From Neoconidiobolus thromboides FSU 785 (lineage: Eukaryota; Fungi; Entomophthoromycota), in contig MU626267.1 of NCBI GenBank assembly GCA_025603075.1, positions 62,001-126,000 of the forward strand: 64,000 bases of DNA. The letters run 5' to 3'. Positions 1 to 13,932 of the stretch are shown piece by piece. Below the pieces are notes generated by a model, which saw only the letters and a program-made list of their open reading frames with translations, was not told where the DNA came from and did not search any database. Position numbers and translations under genes: made by a program. Each line of letters begins with the position of its first letter. Position 1 is the first letter of the stretch.

Positions 1-1599
1 TTAGATCATTTTAAAACAGAAAATGTATTAAAAGATCAATACACATTATCAACAGAAGTCTTATTAAATTTTAAACGAAATGAGCCTCAATTAGCATTGT
101 CCACTTATACCTCTATTTTCTCAACTAATATCAAAATAGATACATGGACATTAAATATGTTTCTTCAAATATTTTCACAATATAGATATTGGCAGGGTAT
201 TCAACAAGTATTAATAGATATGAAACAAAAGAATGTGATACCCGATTTACATACATTTAGTATTTTATTAAAATGTTGTATTTTACCATTTAATGATAAT
301 TGTATTATTTCGTATAAAAAGAAACCATATTTACGTCAACAAATTGAAATTGTTAATAAGATTTATTTTAATCTCAAGGCCTCTTCTTTCCCATTAGATA
401 AATATATCTATTGTAATTTTATTAAATTTTATGTAACAATTCAAGAATTTTGTTTTGCTGAAAATATATTATTAGATATGAAACAAAAAGGAATTCAACC
501 TAATGAATTTGAATATTCAATACTAATGGATGGTTATTCTAAAGTAAAACAATGGGATAAATTATGGAAGATATATCAAATAATTAAGCAAGAAAATATA
601 TCAATTAATCAAATTATTTATTCTTGTATGGTTAAAGCATATACAAAATTAAATGAAAATAGAATCAAAGAAGAGGGCGGAAGAGCTATAATGGAAGACG
701 ATATATTCAAAAAAGATCAAATCACTTATAATTTATTTTTAAGACAATTGGGCAAATTAGGAAAAGTAAAGGAGGGATTTGAATTATATATAGAAATGAA
801 AAATGAAAATATTCAACCCAATTTAATGACTTATTATCATTTATTAGATGGATTAAAAAGGAATAATGAAATAGAAGATAATAATATAAAAGAAAAAGAA
901 AAAGAGAAGAAAAAGATTATCGAAATAATATTTAATGACTTAATTACTTCTAATTTAGTACCTAATCTTTCAATATTTAATCATTTTATTTATTTATTTA
1001 ATCAATATCAACTTATCAATTATATTAATATTACTTACACATTAATGATTGAAAAATATCAATTATTACCTAATCAATATAGTTTGTTACCAATGGCATC
1101 TATTTTATTAAATGGTTGTAATATCAATGAAGTTGTTAATAATATAATATCATCTAAATATCCACAATTAATCTATTCAAGTTCAATATATGCTTTAATA
1201 AAAAATGGAGAATTACAAAAGGGAATTGAATTATTTGAATATATTAAAAAAGGAGGGGTGATAGGAGTAAAAAATGATTTATTAATTTATTATTATTTAT
1301 TATATGCTTGTATTCAATATAAGGAGTTTTATTATTTAATGAAGTTAATGCAACAAATAGACAAAGAAAATATTATTATTACAAAAACAATGTATTTAAA
1401 ATTAAATAATAAATTAAATGCAATCAACTGCGATAAACAAATAATGAGATTATGGAATAGGTTTGAATATAAAGAAAAAGAAGCGGAAGAAGATAAAATG
1501 GAAAAAATGATGGAAATAGATTTTAATAATAATAAGATACAGTCACATTTAATTATTCCATTATTAAAAGATTGCTATCTTAGGATGTTAAATCATTAG
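1..1599 (+). CDS. Pentatricopeptide-repeat (PPR) protein, 5'-partial
   Basis: The frame is open from base 1 to the stop at 1599. Repeated ~35-aa PPR-like units: DMKQKNVIPDLHTFSILLKCC, DMKQKGIQPNEFEYSILMDGY, EMKNENIQPNLMTYYHLLDGL. Confidence 0.78.
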   Translation, partial: LDHFKTENVLKDQYTLSTEVLLNFKRNEPQLALSTYTSIFSTNIKIDTWTLNMFLQIFSQYRYWQGIQQVLIDMKQKNVIPDLHTFSILLKCCILPFNDNCIISYKKKPYLRQQIEIVNKIYFNLKASSFPLDKYIYCNFIKFYVTIQEFCFAENILLDMKQKGIQPNEFEYSILMDGYSKVKQWDKLWKIYQIIKQENISINQIIYSCMVKAYTKLNENRIKEEGGRAIMEDDIFKKDQITYNLFLRQLGKLGKVKEGFELYIEMKNENIQPNLMTYYHLLDGLKRNNEIEDNNIKEKEKEKKKIIEIIFNDLITSNLVPNLSIFNHFIYLFNQYQLINYINITYTLMIEKYQLLPNQYSLLPMASILLNGCNINEVVNNIISSKYPQLIYSSSIYALIKNGELQKGIELFEYIKKGGVIGVKNDLLIYYYLLYACIQYKEFYYLMKLMQQIDKENIIITKTMYLKLNNKLNAINCDKQIMRLWNRFEYKEKEAEEDKMEKMMEIDFNNNKIQSHLIIPLLKDCYLRMLNH

Positions 1600-1694
1600 A
1601 GAGAATGAATTTATTATATTATTTATTTCGTTATTAAAGTTAATTATATAGATTAATTTATTTACTATTATTATTTTACTTTTATTTTTATATT

Positions 1695-4497
1695 TTAATT
1701 TAAAAATCCATTAACATTACTAATTGGTTTTAATTTATTACCAAATTCTCTTTCTAATTTACTACTTAATATTTTTATACCTTTCATAACATATTGAAAC
1801 TAAATAAAAATAAATATTAATAACAAAATAAAATAAAATAAAAGAATAAAAATTAATTACTTGTTGTAAACTAAATTGTGGATTAATAACTAACTGCCAT
1901 AATTCGGGTAATATTAAAGTAGCTATTTGTTCTAAATCTAATGATTTATCCGCTATTGAATAATATAATTCATACATTGCTATCTAATAAAATAATAAAA
2001 TTCAATATAAAAATAACTAATTAATAGAATACTAATGAATAGAAGAACTTACTTTGACCTCTGGTATTTTACTTTTTGTATTTTTTAATAATGGTAATAT
2101 TTTATCAATTAACAAATCTTTATCAAATACATTGAGCATTTGTTTAATACTTTTTAATACTTCAATTTTAATATTTAATGCACTTGTTGATACATATAAT
2201 TTCTAATTATTAATCTCTTAATTAAATTTTATTATTATAATAATTAGTAAATTACCTGTATTCTTAAAAAGATAGAATTTTTTATTGTCATATAATCTAC
2301 TTTATTAATTATCTCAGCTAATTTTTTTAATCCTAATTCTTGTAAAATAATATCTTGAGATTCTAAACTAGTTGACAGTATTGGCAAAATATCTAAATAA
2401 TAAAACATCATTAATATATTATTTTTAAAGTTCTTATTATTCCCTTTAACCTACCTTGTTGAACTTGTGTATCATTACATTTTTTCATTATTGGTTGTAA
2501 ATTATTTAATAAGTAAATAATAGATTGTTGTGGTGATTTAATTTTATAAATAAATATTAAATTAGGATAAATTAATTCATTAAATTCAATTGAATTAATT
2601 TTTTCCATTATATAGATTAAATTAGGATAAATAAATGGTATCAAATTGGGATCTTTGATTTCCTCTAATAAAGTAGGTAAAATCTATTTAAAATTACATT
2701 AACATTATTTTATATATACTTTATAATATATATATTATTATTACTTTTTTTAATAACACTTTCTCTGGAAATTGATTTAATATTTTATTTAATCCTTGCA
2801 TAAATTTAGCTTTATTATCCACAGGTTGTTGCATTAATGTATCCAAATAACGTATACTTTTGATTAATACATTGTTAAAAGAAGGGGATTCTTGAAATTG
2901 TGATAAATTCAATCGTTGATTTGGGTTTCTATTAATCAATTTATATACCGTATCTATTTAATATATTTTAATCTCGTTTATAATTATGTGTTATTTTATA
3001 CTACCTCTAAAATACCCTGGTACTTGATCCAAAGAAATAGTAGCCAATTTATCCATTTGATTTTTATATGCCAATACATTATTTCTCGTTTTTAGTAAAC
3101 TTCTACCATCATTAAATATAGCATAAATTAAACAACCTAAAGCAAATATGTCATTTGAATAATCTTTTGTATTATGCAAGATATATTCAGGGGCTATAAT
3201 AAATGAGATAATATAAATAATGTAGTATAATATTAACAAATGAATATTACCCATATAATCTAAACTTTCTTGTATTTCTTTAGCTAATTGGGTATCATGT
3301 TCAAAATAATGAGGTTCATTCAACTGTTGATTGTTATATTCTTTAGTAGTTGAAAAGCCAAACCTAATAAACAAAGTATCAATAAAAACAATTGTTATAT
3401 AGTAACTAAGAGTTTTAGTATTAGCTAATTAAGCTTACCCACCAAGCTTCCAATCCCCTTTTGTAGTAATATAAATAGCACTAGGTATTAAATTACCATG
3501 AATTAAATTGGCACTTTCATGACAAAACTGCAAGCCTTTACTTAATTGTAATAATCCTTTTTGTATCTATTAATTGAGTTAGAAACAAACCAAAGTTAAA
3601 AATAATAAAAAATAAGTATTTAATATATTAGCTCGGTCCATAAACAATATTAACTTTTGGGTAAATACAAAACGATAGAGGTATATGATCGAAATAGCAA
3701 TAATCTTCCTTAAAGGAATTCAACTTTTTAAACAAAATAGGTTCTAATAAAAAAAACCTTCTAAAAAGCCAAAACCACAAATTCATATTATATCTTGCAA
3801 CTTTGAATTTTCTCTTTACCCAAAAAATTATTATTATTTATGAACTGACCTAATAAAAATCAATTATATTCTATGTTACTATAAATAACTCACCTCCAAA
3901 ACATCTAATTCATAATTTGTCCCTAATGGTAAATTATGTAATAATAAATTACTTAAACATAATTCTACCGGTTCAGTGCAAAAATTTAATAATAATCGAT
4001 ATTCTTCTAAGGGTTCAACTATATGTAGTCTATTTGAAAAATTAACATTAGGATAATTTTCTTATTAAGGCTAAAACATAGTGAGTGTTTCTACTGACTT
4101 ACATGCTTGGATGTCGTAATCTGGCTAATTGTGTGGCCTAATCGAGAGGGAGGAAGATTAGATTTAATGATAATAGCGATTGTCAATAATGCTTACCTCT
4201 TTCTTTAACACTTGAGAAATCTTTTCACTCTCTTTATTATTTTGTTGATTATTTACAAAATTAGATATACTCTCAGTTGCATTTTTTTCATACATCTAAA
4301 TCAATTCCATTCCATTTAAGTTTAAACAAAATTTATTGAAATGAATATTTTAAACTTACAAACACGGTCACTTTTATCTTGTTATTTTTTCTTATACCAT
4401 CATGTAATTTCCAATATCCAATTTGGTTTTTTGGGTTTGATATTTCATATTCTCGACTTATATTGGAAGAGTAGACTAGTTGTTTAAATAAATCCAT
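1695..4497 (-). CDS. SCY1: SCY1/SCYL2-like pseudokinase with HEAT repeats, multi-exon
   Basis: ATG at 4497 (MDLFKQLVYSS...GYWKLHDG). Exons give IHGNLIPSAIIITTKGDWKLGG, PEYILH...DIFALGCLIYAIFNDG, KAKFMQGLNKILNQFPEKVLLKK, ILPELWQL and QFQYVMKGIK. Stop near 1695. Confidence 0.8.
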
Positions 4498-4774
4498 TTT
4501 GAAAATTATAAAAAAAGTTTAAAAATGCTACAAAATTTTGATGAGCTGACATTTACTTTTAAGATTCTTCATTTTTTGAATTTTATACAGATGTTTTTTC
4601 AATCTTCAATTTTCATTTTCAGCCAACAAATAAAACAATAATAAAAGAGTTGGAAAAGAAATTAAAAATTATTAAAAAATAAAACAAATATATTCTAAAT
4701 AATTTTAATATACTTAGAAGGAGATATTTTGTATCACAAGCATCATTTGTTAATTGTTTTCTATTCATTAGATC

Positions 4775-5415
4775 TTAAAGATTGCTTGTATTAAAAAGCA
4801 ATTTTTTGGCAATCTTTAAATACTCTTCTATCTCAATAGGACCGTTTTCATTGATACCCGCTTGTTCAAGGATCGATGGAAGTTGAGTGAGAATAAAGCT
4901 TCGATAAGCTCGAAGCAATAAAATCTTTAAATCGTTAATTGATATAAAACCACTTCTTTTAAGATCATAAAAGTAAAAATAATCTTTTGCTTCATTAAAC
5001 TGACGTTTGGTAAGTCCATATTTCTAAAACTATAAATCAATTCTCTGGTTTAAGATTGTTTAATAAGCTTACAGCTTCGTCAGACTGTTTCATCATTTTT
5101 CGGGTGATCTTCTCAGTAAATAATAGTTCTTTGGCAATTTTTAAGTACTCTTCTAAGTTAATAGGACCGCTTTCATTAATGTTCGCTTGTTTAAGAATTG
5201 ATTGGAGTTGGGTATAACTATGAGGTCGATGAGCTAAATATAGTAATGTTGATAAATGACAAACTGATATCGTTCCACTATTATTGGATTCATAGGCGTG
5301 AAATTTATCTTTCGCCTCATCAAGCTGTTTGGCATTAAGTCCATAACTCTAAGATAAAAGTTAGTTGTTTAATTTAAAGTTTTCTAAAGGTTACAAGCTG
5401 ATTATTGTACTCCAT
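4775..5415 (-). CDS. Divergent calmodulin-like EF-hand protein (about 181 aa, 3 exons; not in ORF track)
   Basis: Manual translation. Exon 5415-5395 MEYNNQL; exon 5348-5073 SYGLNAKQLDEAKDKFHAYESNNSGTISV...NINESGPINLEEYLKIAKELLF; exon 5023-4775 KYGLTKRQFNEAKDYFYFYDLKRSGFISI...GINENGPIEIEEYLKIAKKLLF. GT-AG introns preserve the frame. Confidence 0.75.
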
Positions 5416-5597
5416 TGTATATACTTAAGATTATTGAAAATGAATGGATTTTATTTTCAAATTCGACAATTGTGCTCAATTTATTTCATATTAACCGCCA
5501 TATCTTTTTAACAAATTTGAGTTAAAGTATGATGGTTAATATGAAACAGGCTGAATACTTTTTAAGATGACGTGGCTTTCAACTGGTTTCAAATAAT

Positions 5598-5693
5598 GGG
5601 AATGTTTTTTTGGTTTCCACTTTTCTTATTTTTTAAGTGCTGTCTGAGTAGAAAGGCTATCAGTAAAGCTCTTAAACAAGAAAATACACTCCT
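5598..5693 (-). mobile_element. ~98-bp MITE family copy (degenerate)
   Basis: Matches the family consensus in reverse: gggaatgtttttttggtttccac...aaaatacactcct. Confidence 0.55.
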
Positions 5694-5949
5694 TAGTGTA
5701 ATTATAATATTTTATTTTCATCAATGTGTCTCTATCTTTTATTCAAACCTTTCAATCGTTATAGCGTAAATCAATTTTAAGTTTGAACTTTTAAGCCCTA
5801 TAAATTTTACCCTTTTTACATAAACGCAGATAAAAATCCAATAAAATAAAAATACATGAACTAAAGTTTAGACTTTATTTGTAGGATGAGAAATTTTTGA
5901 GACTTGAAAGTTAAATTAAAAACAATTTTATAAATAACCGGGTGAATTA

Positions 5950-6400
5950 TTACGAATGGACGTACTTACATTGTAAGGTACATAGTACTGAGAAAGCAAT
6001 GAACTGAAAATGGAGGTTATAATTTCCAGATAGGTGATATTTCGATCAGTTAAAGATGATATGATAGAGGCACTCAGGATCCCAGATATCGTGAGGGTTT
6101 CACAATTAAGGAGAGATTCTATATTGGAAGTGGTGAGTTCGATAGGTAGTTTTAGATACATAATGACATCAGGTACAAAGTATGATATCACAGAGGCTCC
6201 TATATACCTAATGATCAAATATGTTATCGAAAATTTAGTCATACTCTATAATTTCCTTATAGTAGCAATAAATATGATTTATTATGATTTATTCTATCTA
6301 TATTGATTTTATTGTCTCTTAATAAAAGCTATTCGCAACAAAGAATCACTTTTTTTTTGAATTTCTTCTATAGGGAAAGGAGGAGTATTGCCTATGTTGT
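5950..6400 (+). mobile_element. Decayed Ty3/Gypsy-like retroelement 3' end (integrase tail plus polypurine tract)
   Basis: Stop-ridden frame FQIGD...QDPRYREGFTIKER resembles the GPY/F integrase tail. Purine tract agggaaaggaggag at about 6372-6385. Confidence 0.38.
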
Positions 6401-6809
6401 ATGGGACCAAACTCCAGTTAGTGGCATTTAATGGCAAAGTTCCTAATTTGAAATTTTGTTTTTTTCGGTTACCTCAAACCATTTTTACCTCAGTCAAATG
6501 TGACAATATGTTTGTTACAATTTATAGCGTCATAGTGTAAGCAAGCTTAATACAGTAGAAAGGAGGTTGAAATAAGACATTAGTAATTAAACTTGAGAAT
6601 TTGAATGTGGGCAATTATTTTAAAGGTTCTTTATTTTGTATAAGTTTTTTTGAAGTTTTAGATTACAATTATTTTTATAATAATAGCAGTTAAGCTATCT
6701 CTAAGTGCCTCACATCAAGCTAAACTTTTTCAAAAGCTTTTTTACTTTTTAGGAGATATAAACTCCTAAATATGTAGTATTTAATAGTAAAATATACATG
6801 TTTTAGAAT

Positions 6810-6908
6810 ATGGATGTATTTTTTTGTCAAAGAGCTTTACAAACAATTTTTTCAATCAGATGGTGGTTGAAAAATGAAATAAGTGATGAAACCATTGAAG
6901 ATACCATC
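6810..6908 (+). mobile_element. ~98-bp MITE family copy (very degenerate)
   Basis: ggatgtattttttt...tttacaaacaattttttc...gtgatgaaacca. Confidence 0.4.
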
Positions 6909-7178
6909 AGATATTTTTTGTTTATATTTACAAGTTATTTTACTGTTACAGCTAATAAATTTTTCTAACTTTATCAATAAATTGTGCAAGCTTTTGGAAA
7001 TTAAATAGTTAACTAAAAACTACCCATTTATTTCCATATTTAGTTTAAATTTAATTGTTTAAGCTGATCTTCTAAGAAACTGATTAAATCAAAAAAGCAT
7101 TATTTAAAACCATTATAAAAGGCTCATATAGTTACAATCATTATAACTCTATTTCTCCAATACAATTTTACTCCATCA

Positions 7179-8704
7179 ATGCTATATTTGACTTTGTGTT
7201 TTGTTCTATCGGCTTCTTTTATAGCCTATAAAGTTTATGAACTATTTAAAGTCCCAGAAGATTTAAAACATGTACCTCAAATTTCTTTTTTTAAGTTTAT
7301 TTTGTCTTTTATTAAAGGGGAGCCATTTGATGTTCGTCATAAAAAATTAATTGAGCCGACAATAGGGGAAAAAGAATATGGAATTATTTGGCAGCAAGGG
7401 GCTTGGGAAATAATAGTATCAGACGTTACAAGTATTAAGTATATTTTCAACCATACTGATGTGTTTTTAAAGAAAAAGGATAAAGATTTTACAGAAAACC
7501 AATTAAGGCGTAAATTTTTTGGTATTTCAAATGTAGTTTCAAATGACAAACAAGAGTGGAAGCGACATCGTCGTATTATTAATCCGGCGTTCAAGAAAAC
7601 TTGGCCAGTAGAACTTTTTGGTGAATGTGCTAATGATCTTATTGATGTGATTCAAAAAAATGGCACCAAGCCAATAGTATTGAATGACCTTTTTTCACGT
7701 CTTACTTTGGATGCTTTAGGAAAAGGATTATTTAGTTTTCATTTTGAAGCAGTTAACAATAGCAGTAAAAGTGAAATGATAAATGCCTATAATGAAGTAA
7801 CAAAAGAGATATTCAATCCAATTTATTTCACTTTTCCAGTATTAGAATCTATTGTCCCATCACGCCAATACTACCATCATAAAAACGAAGAATTTCGCTC
7901 ATTTTTAGCTGAGATTATTACCCTTCGTAAAAAGGAAATTGAAAATGGGAACTCTAAAGATGATCTTATTAGTTTACTACTTAAAAATATGAAGGAGTCT
8001 ACTAAGGAAAGCTTAAGTAACAATGAAGTAATAAATAATTTAGCTACTTTCTTTTTAGCTGGTCATGATACTACAGCAAATACTCTTACTTCGACTGTAT
8101 ACTATTTGGCAAAATATCCAGAAATGCAACAAAAAGTTCGTAAGGAAATAGTTTGTGTTTTGGGCAATAGTGGAAATGCCATACCATCCCATGAACAACA
8201 AAAAAAGTTTACTTATCTAAATTGCTTTATTAAAGAGACAATGAGGATTATTACTACAGTTGGTATATTGAGACGGTATTGTGATCGTGATGAGATATTA
8301 CCTAATACTTTATTAGTTAAAGAGGGAACTTATCTCAATTGTTATCTTTGGGGAACACATCACAATTCAAAATACTTTCCAAACCCAGATAAATTTGATC
8401 CTGATCGTTTCTTAGATCCCTATGGCGAGCAATCTAACTCATGGATGCCATTTGGTGGTGGTTCAAGGTTATGTAATATTAATACTATTTAATTTTTTTA
8501 ATTGATGTTAATAGTTTTTTAGGTGTTGGTATCAACTTTTCATTGATCGAACAAAGAATTGTACTTTCAATGTTATTGCAAAGGTATGAACTTAAATTAG
8601 GTCCGAAATCAAAAGAATGGAAAACTCCACTGCTCACTACAGCTGGTTTTGTATATCCTAAAGATTTGGACATTCAATTTATAAAAATAGCTGAAGATAT
8701 TTAA
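7179..8704 (+). CDS. Cytochrome P450 (2 exons; intron 8473-8522)
   Basis: N-terminal membrane anchor, AGHDTT I-helix, ETMR (ExxR), FDPDRF, and heme motif FGGGSRLCVG completed after splicing. Confidence 0.93.
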
Positions 8705-9101
8705 GATAATAAAAACTATCCAAAATCATATCTTATCATTGATTCTTATACACTTAAATTATATTCTTCATAAACTTAGCTTTTTGTTTTTATAACTACT
8801 TAAATACTAAATACAAAGTAAGATTATATAGCTGTTTAAGTTCAATGCGTAATCTGTAGTAATAAATTTTATAATAAGAATTTATTTATTACATCGATCT
8901 GAAGCCCAATACTTAAATTTTGATTTCTAAGTGTATAGTTGGCTAAAACCTATCGAGTTTAAACTAAAGAAAAAAACACTAAAGTTAAAAGATAAATTGA
9001 AACAAAATTACAAAAAATAAAAAATAACAATAATGAAACATTGTAATTTACATAATTACATCTCATTTTAAAAGAAAGTTCCTTTTCACCATTTTGACCT
9101 T

Positions 9102-9638
9102 TCAATTTGTCTTTCCTGGAAAAAACAGTTGCTTGGCTACCTTTAGAAACCTTTCAAGATCAATATAATCTTTGCCATCCATGCCTGTGTCTTTATATAC
9201 TATATTAATTTCGTCTATATCAACTTCAGTGACATAACGCTGCATTAAATCTACCAGTTCATCAGCTACTATTTTACCATCCTTATCAGTATCATACAAA
9301 TCAAATAATTCTCTCGCTTGTTCAAGCTGTATTTTTGAAGCAATCAATTGTTTAGCTATGTTTAAAAAGCCGTCAAAGTCAATAGTATCATTTCTTTCCA
9401 TACCATTTTTTTTAAATCCTGATTTTATTACATCCATGCTGAGATCAGTCACGTAATATCGGATTAATGCTTTCAACTCTTCAACTGATATTTTGCCATC
9501 TCGATCAGTGTCATATAGATCAAATAAATCTTTTGCTTGTTCAAATTGTTTGCTATTAAGGCCATAGATCTAAATTAGAAGTTAGTTATTTGTCTTTATA
9601 TTTGTCAATAAGCTTACTAATAAATTGTTGGATGTCAT
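9102..9638 (-). CDS. Calmodulin-like EF-hand protein (about 162 aa; exons 9638-9618, 9569-9102)
   Basis: MTSNNLL|IYGLNSKQFEQAKDLFDLYDTDRDGKISVEE... Two similar halves; loops 1 and 3 are near-canonical, loops 2 and 4 degenerate. Confidence 0.88.
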
Positions 9639-9981
9639 AATAGAGAAATAAAGTCATTTTTCAATGATTTTATTTTTTAAACCCGGGGCTTGGGCTTGAT
9701 GTTGTAAAAATGACGTTAATTTTAATTAGTTTTGAGAGTACCTATGGGTTGGATTATTTGATATCAAATATATCATCTTCTAAAACTTTCTAGTTTTTTG
9801 CTAATCATTTTTCAGTTATGTAGAAGCCATACCAGTTGGTTAAATCATGTAGAAATTTAAATAAATCTACAGTTTACTTGTTTTTTTAGCCTTGAAATTT
9901 GAAGGAAATAATAATTTAAACAAAGGCAAAATAACAATAATAATCGATACAGTTTCAATTTATTATAAGACACCTCCCATT

Positions 9982-10497
9982 TTACTGCTGAAGTCCACAA
10001 AACTCTTCGTAAGTAATTTTGCCATCGGTGTTTATATCTGCAGACTTAAGAATATTCTCAATATCTTGTTCTGTATGCGTAGGATCAATGATCATTAATG
10101 CTTTTTTAAGCTCTTCTTTAGTAATATAGCCATCTTTATCCTGATCAAACTGCTCAAAAGCTTTCTTATTCTTATCCTCTTCATTTTCCATTCCTGGGAT
10201 AAACTTGTGGGCAGTTACCTTTAAAAACTCTTCAAAATCAATATTACCATTGCGATCAATGTCGGATTCTTCTAAGATAGAGTTAACATCGGAGCTGCTA
10301 GGGTTTTGGCCAAGCTGTTTTAAGATTGCTTCAATCTCTGAGGCTACTATCTTACCATCGTTATCTTTATCAAACATAGCAAACAATTCTCGTGCTTGTT
10401 CAATTTGTTCATTATTAAGGCCGATTTTCTAAATTTTCGGTTAGTCCTTTGTTTTGGTATACTTCAACGGGCTTACTGCTGGATCTCTGGAAGTCAT
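9982..10497 (-). CDS. Calmodulin-like 4-EF-hand protein (about 155 aa; exons 10497-10477, 10428-9982)
   Basis: Loops DKDNDGKIVASE, DIDRNGNIDFEE, DQDKDGYITKEE, DINTDGKITYEE. Too divergent to be canonical calmodulin. Confidence 0.92.
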
Positions 10498-10957
10498 GAC
10501 TGTTAATTAAATTTACAAAATGAGTTGTTTTCTTTTTAAGTTTAGATTTCTTATTATTAAAAAGTGACGTAGTTTTTCAATTGGTTAGAAATAACCAATC
10601 AGAGCTGATATTACTGAAAACGATTGTGTTTTGCCCAAAATTGGATCTCTTTATTATAGAGTAAGATAGGAATTTTGATGTTAGGATATAGCCAAAATTT
10701 ATACAATATTTAATCTAATTTATGCTAAAACTACAATAACATAGTAACAATTACCCACTTCAATCCATCATTGTTCTTAATAATAGGTACCAAAGATAGC
10801 ATTTATTACAATAGATTGCCCACTTTATCTTGATTGATTTTTTCAGACTTAGAAAATTATCTTAATATGTTCAACCAATAAAATACAAATTTCGAAACAC
10901 TAAAAAATCATCTAAAAAAGAAAACAATTATTGATCTTAATAAATTACTATTAACAA

Positions 10958-12191
<1,234 letters not shown>

Positions 12192-13140
12192 ATTAAATTT
12201 TAAAGGATTTTAATAGTGGGAGTTTTTTGATGCTTAATCGTTATTAATGTGAACTATTAGATTACAAATAAAGAAAATTTATACAGAATCATATTTATAA
12301 TAATTAGGCTATAAAGTAACAAATATAAAGTATGATGGAGAATATATTATTTAAATTTCATATAAAAGGGTCAATAATTGAACAGGATTAAAAAAATCAT
12401 ATTAATGGGATAGTAAATTTTGTATAAACCCTATAGATAAATAGGTGAGCAATTCATGAAGCACAATAATAATATAAGAACTTACTATCACAAGTGAAGA
12501 TTTAGGCAATTAAAGGTTTACTATGCTTAAAAAGTATTGATTTTTTAGAAATATGAAATTTAAATTTGAAAAACATGGTGATAAGGAAAGACTGAAAGAT
12601 GGGAGTTAATAATCTTAATACTAGAAGAATGAATCAGCTTACTGAATGAGATAAAATAGACACGTTAATTATTAAAATATGGGACTAAATCAAAAGATAA
12701 AACAAGTTAGTTGATGTATATAAAAGGCTTATGATTAACTTTACTTACCATTGAATTTCAAAATAGTATAAAATTGGAATTTTATTATTGAGTTTAAAAG
12801 AATAACTAGTAAGGTCTATTTTCAAAGGTAAGGTAAGGTTAAAGGTATGACGAATCTAAATACAAACTAAATGAGTGAATAGACCAAAGGCAACAGAAAA
12901 CTTACATGATAGGGAAAGACGGTAAAGAAGATGTTTAATGATGTAATGATAAGGTAATACAATGGCGGGACTATAGAATGATAAGCAACTAAGAAACTCG
13001 AAAAACAATTACACTTACTTAATTAAAGAACTAAAAAAAGGTAAACTAACTCTAAAGACAAAATAAACTATAGTTATCTATCATACAAAAAAATATGTAG
13101 ACATCAATTATTTATTTGTCTCAAAGATAGCCTATTCTTT

Positions 13141-13932
13141 TTAATTCTTATGTTTGCTGGACTTATTAAGACGTGCTCCGGACTTAGTTTTTCCATTGGA
13201 TTTAAGAGCTTTTTTACGATTAATCTTGGCCTTATCCTTAGTCCCAGAAGTGGCACGTGGGAGGGGTCTGGCAGAAGAAGAAGGTTCAATATCTGGTAAG
13301 TTGACAGAAAGGTGAGAATCTTCTCTCTTAGCATTAGTAGCAAACTCGCTAATTTCTCTTACTGGAATACTATTAATTTCACGGCTACTACTAGTAGATT
13401 GAACCAATCTTTGTCTAAGTTCTGCATTGATCTGGCGTTCAGAGATAAGCTCGCGTTGACAAGCAGCCACTTCATTTTGGTTTTCTTCATGATCAGCTAA
13501 AACGCTTCTTAACTGATAAACCATACCTTCAAGATGTTCAATCTTAGCTTGATCTGCTTTTACTTTATTCTGCATAGCTTCATAAGTTTGTTGTAAAATA
13601 CGGTGTTGAGTAGTTAATAACTCAATTTGCTGTTCAATATTGGTATTTTGATTGACTAAAGCTTCATTATGCTGCATTAAGTTATCGTTGGCAGTTTGCA
13701 TCCAATTAAGATTTTTATTAGCTTCACGTACAGTTTGATCATGTTTGTTGTTCAGTAACATGATCTGTTCTTTAAGTCGACGGTTTTGTTTGATTAACTC
13801 ATCACGCTTAGCCTCGTTATCTTCAATACTGGCAATGGAAGCTAAAAGTTTATCAATAGTGTTGTCTTTAAGACCTAAAAAATCAAAATATTTGGTTAAA
13901 TATTCGACGCTGAACTTATAATCTTCATCCAT
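13141..13932 (-). CDS. Orphan coiled-coil protein with basic C-terminal tail (263 aa, intronless)
   Basis: A 792-nt ORF with ATG start, visibly more GC-rich than its flanks. Heptad-like Q/E/L/N-rich centre and K/R-rich tail. Confidence 0.6.
   Translation of the reverse strand: MDEDYKFSVEYLTKYFDFLGLKDNTIDKLLASIASIEDNEAKRDELIKQNRRLKEQIMLLNNKHDQTVREANKNLNWMQTANDNLMQHNEALVNQNTNIEQQIELLTTQHRILQQTYEAMQNKVKADQAKIEHLEGMVYQLRSVLADHEENQNEVAACQRELISERQINAELRQRLVQSTSSSREINSIPVREISEFATNAKREDSHLSVNLPDIEPSSSARPLPRATSGTKDKAKINRKKALKSNGKTKSGARLNKSSKHKN

Noticed and set aside
5928-6306. Overlapping ORFs 5928-6242 (-) and 6034-6306 (+)
   Set aside because: No recognisable domains; better explained as open frames across a decayed retroelement.
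12300-13100. Possible LTR or LINE remnant
   Set aside because: No paired repeat or convincing protein motif found by eye.
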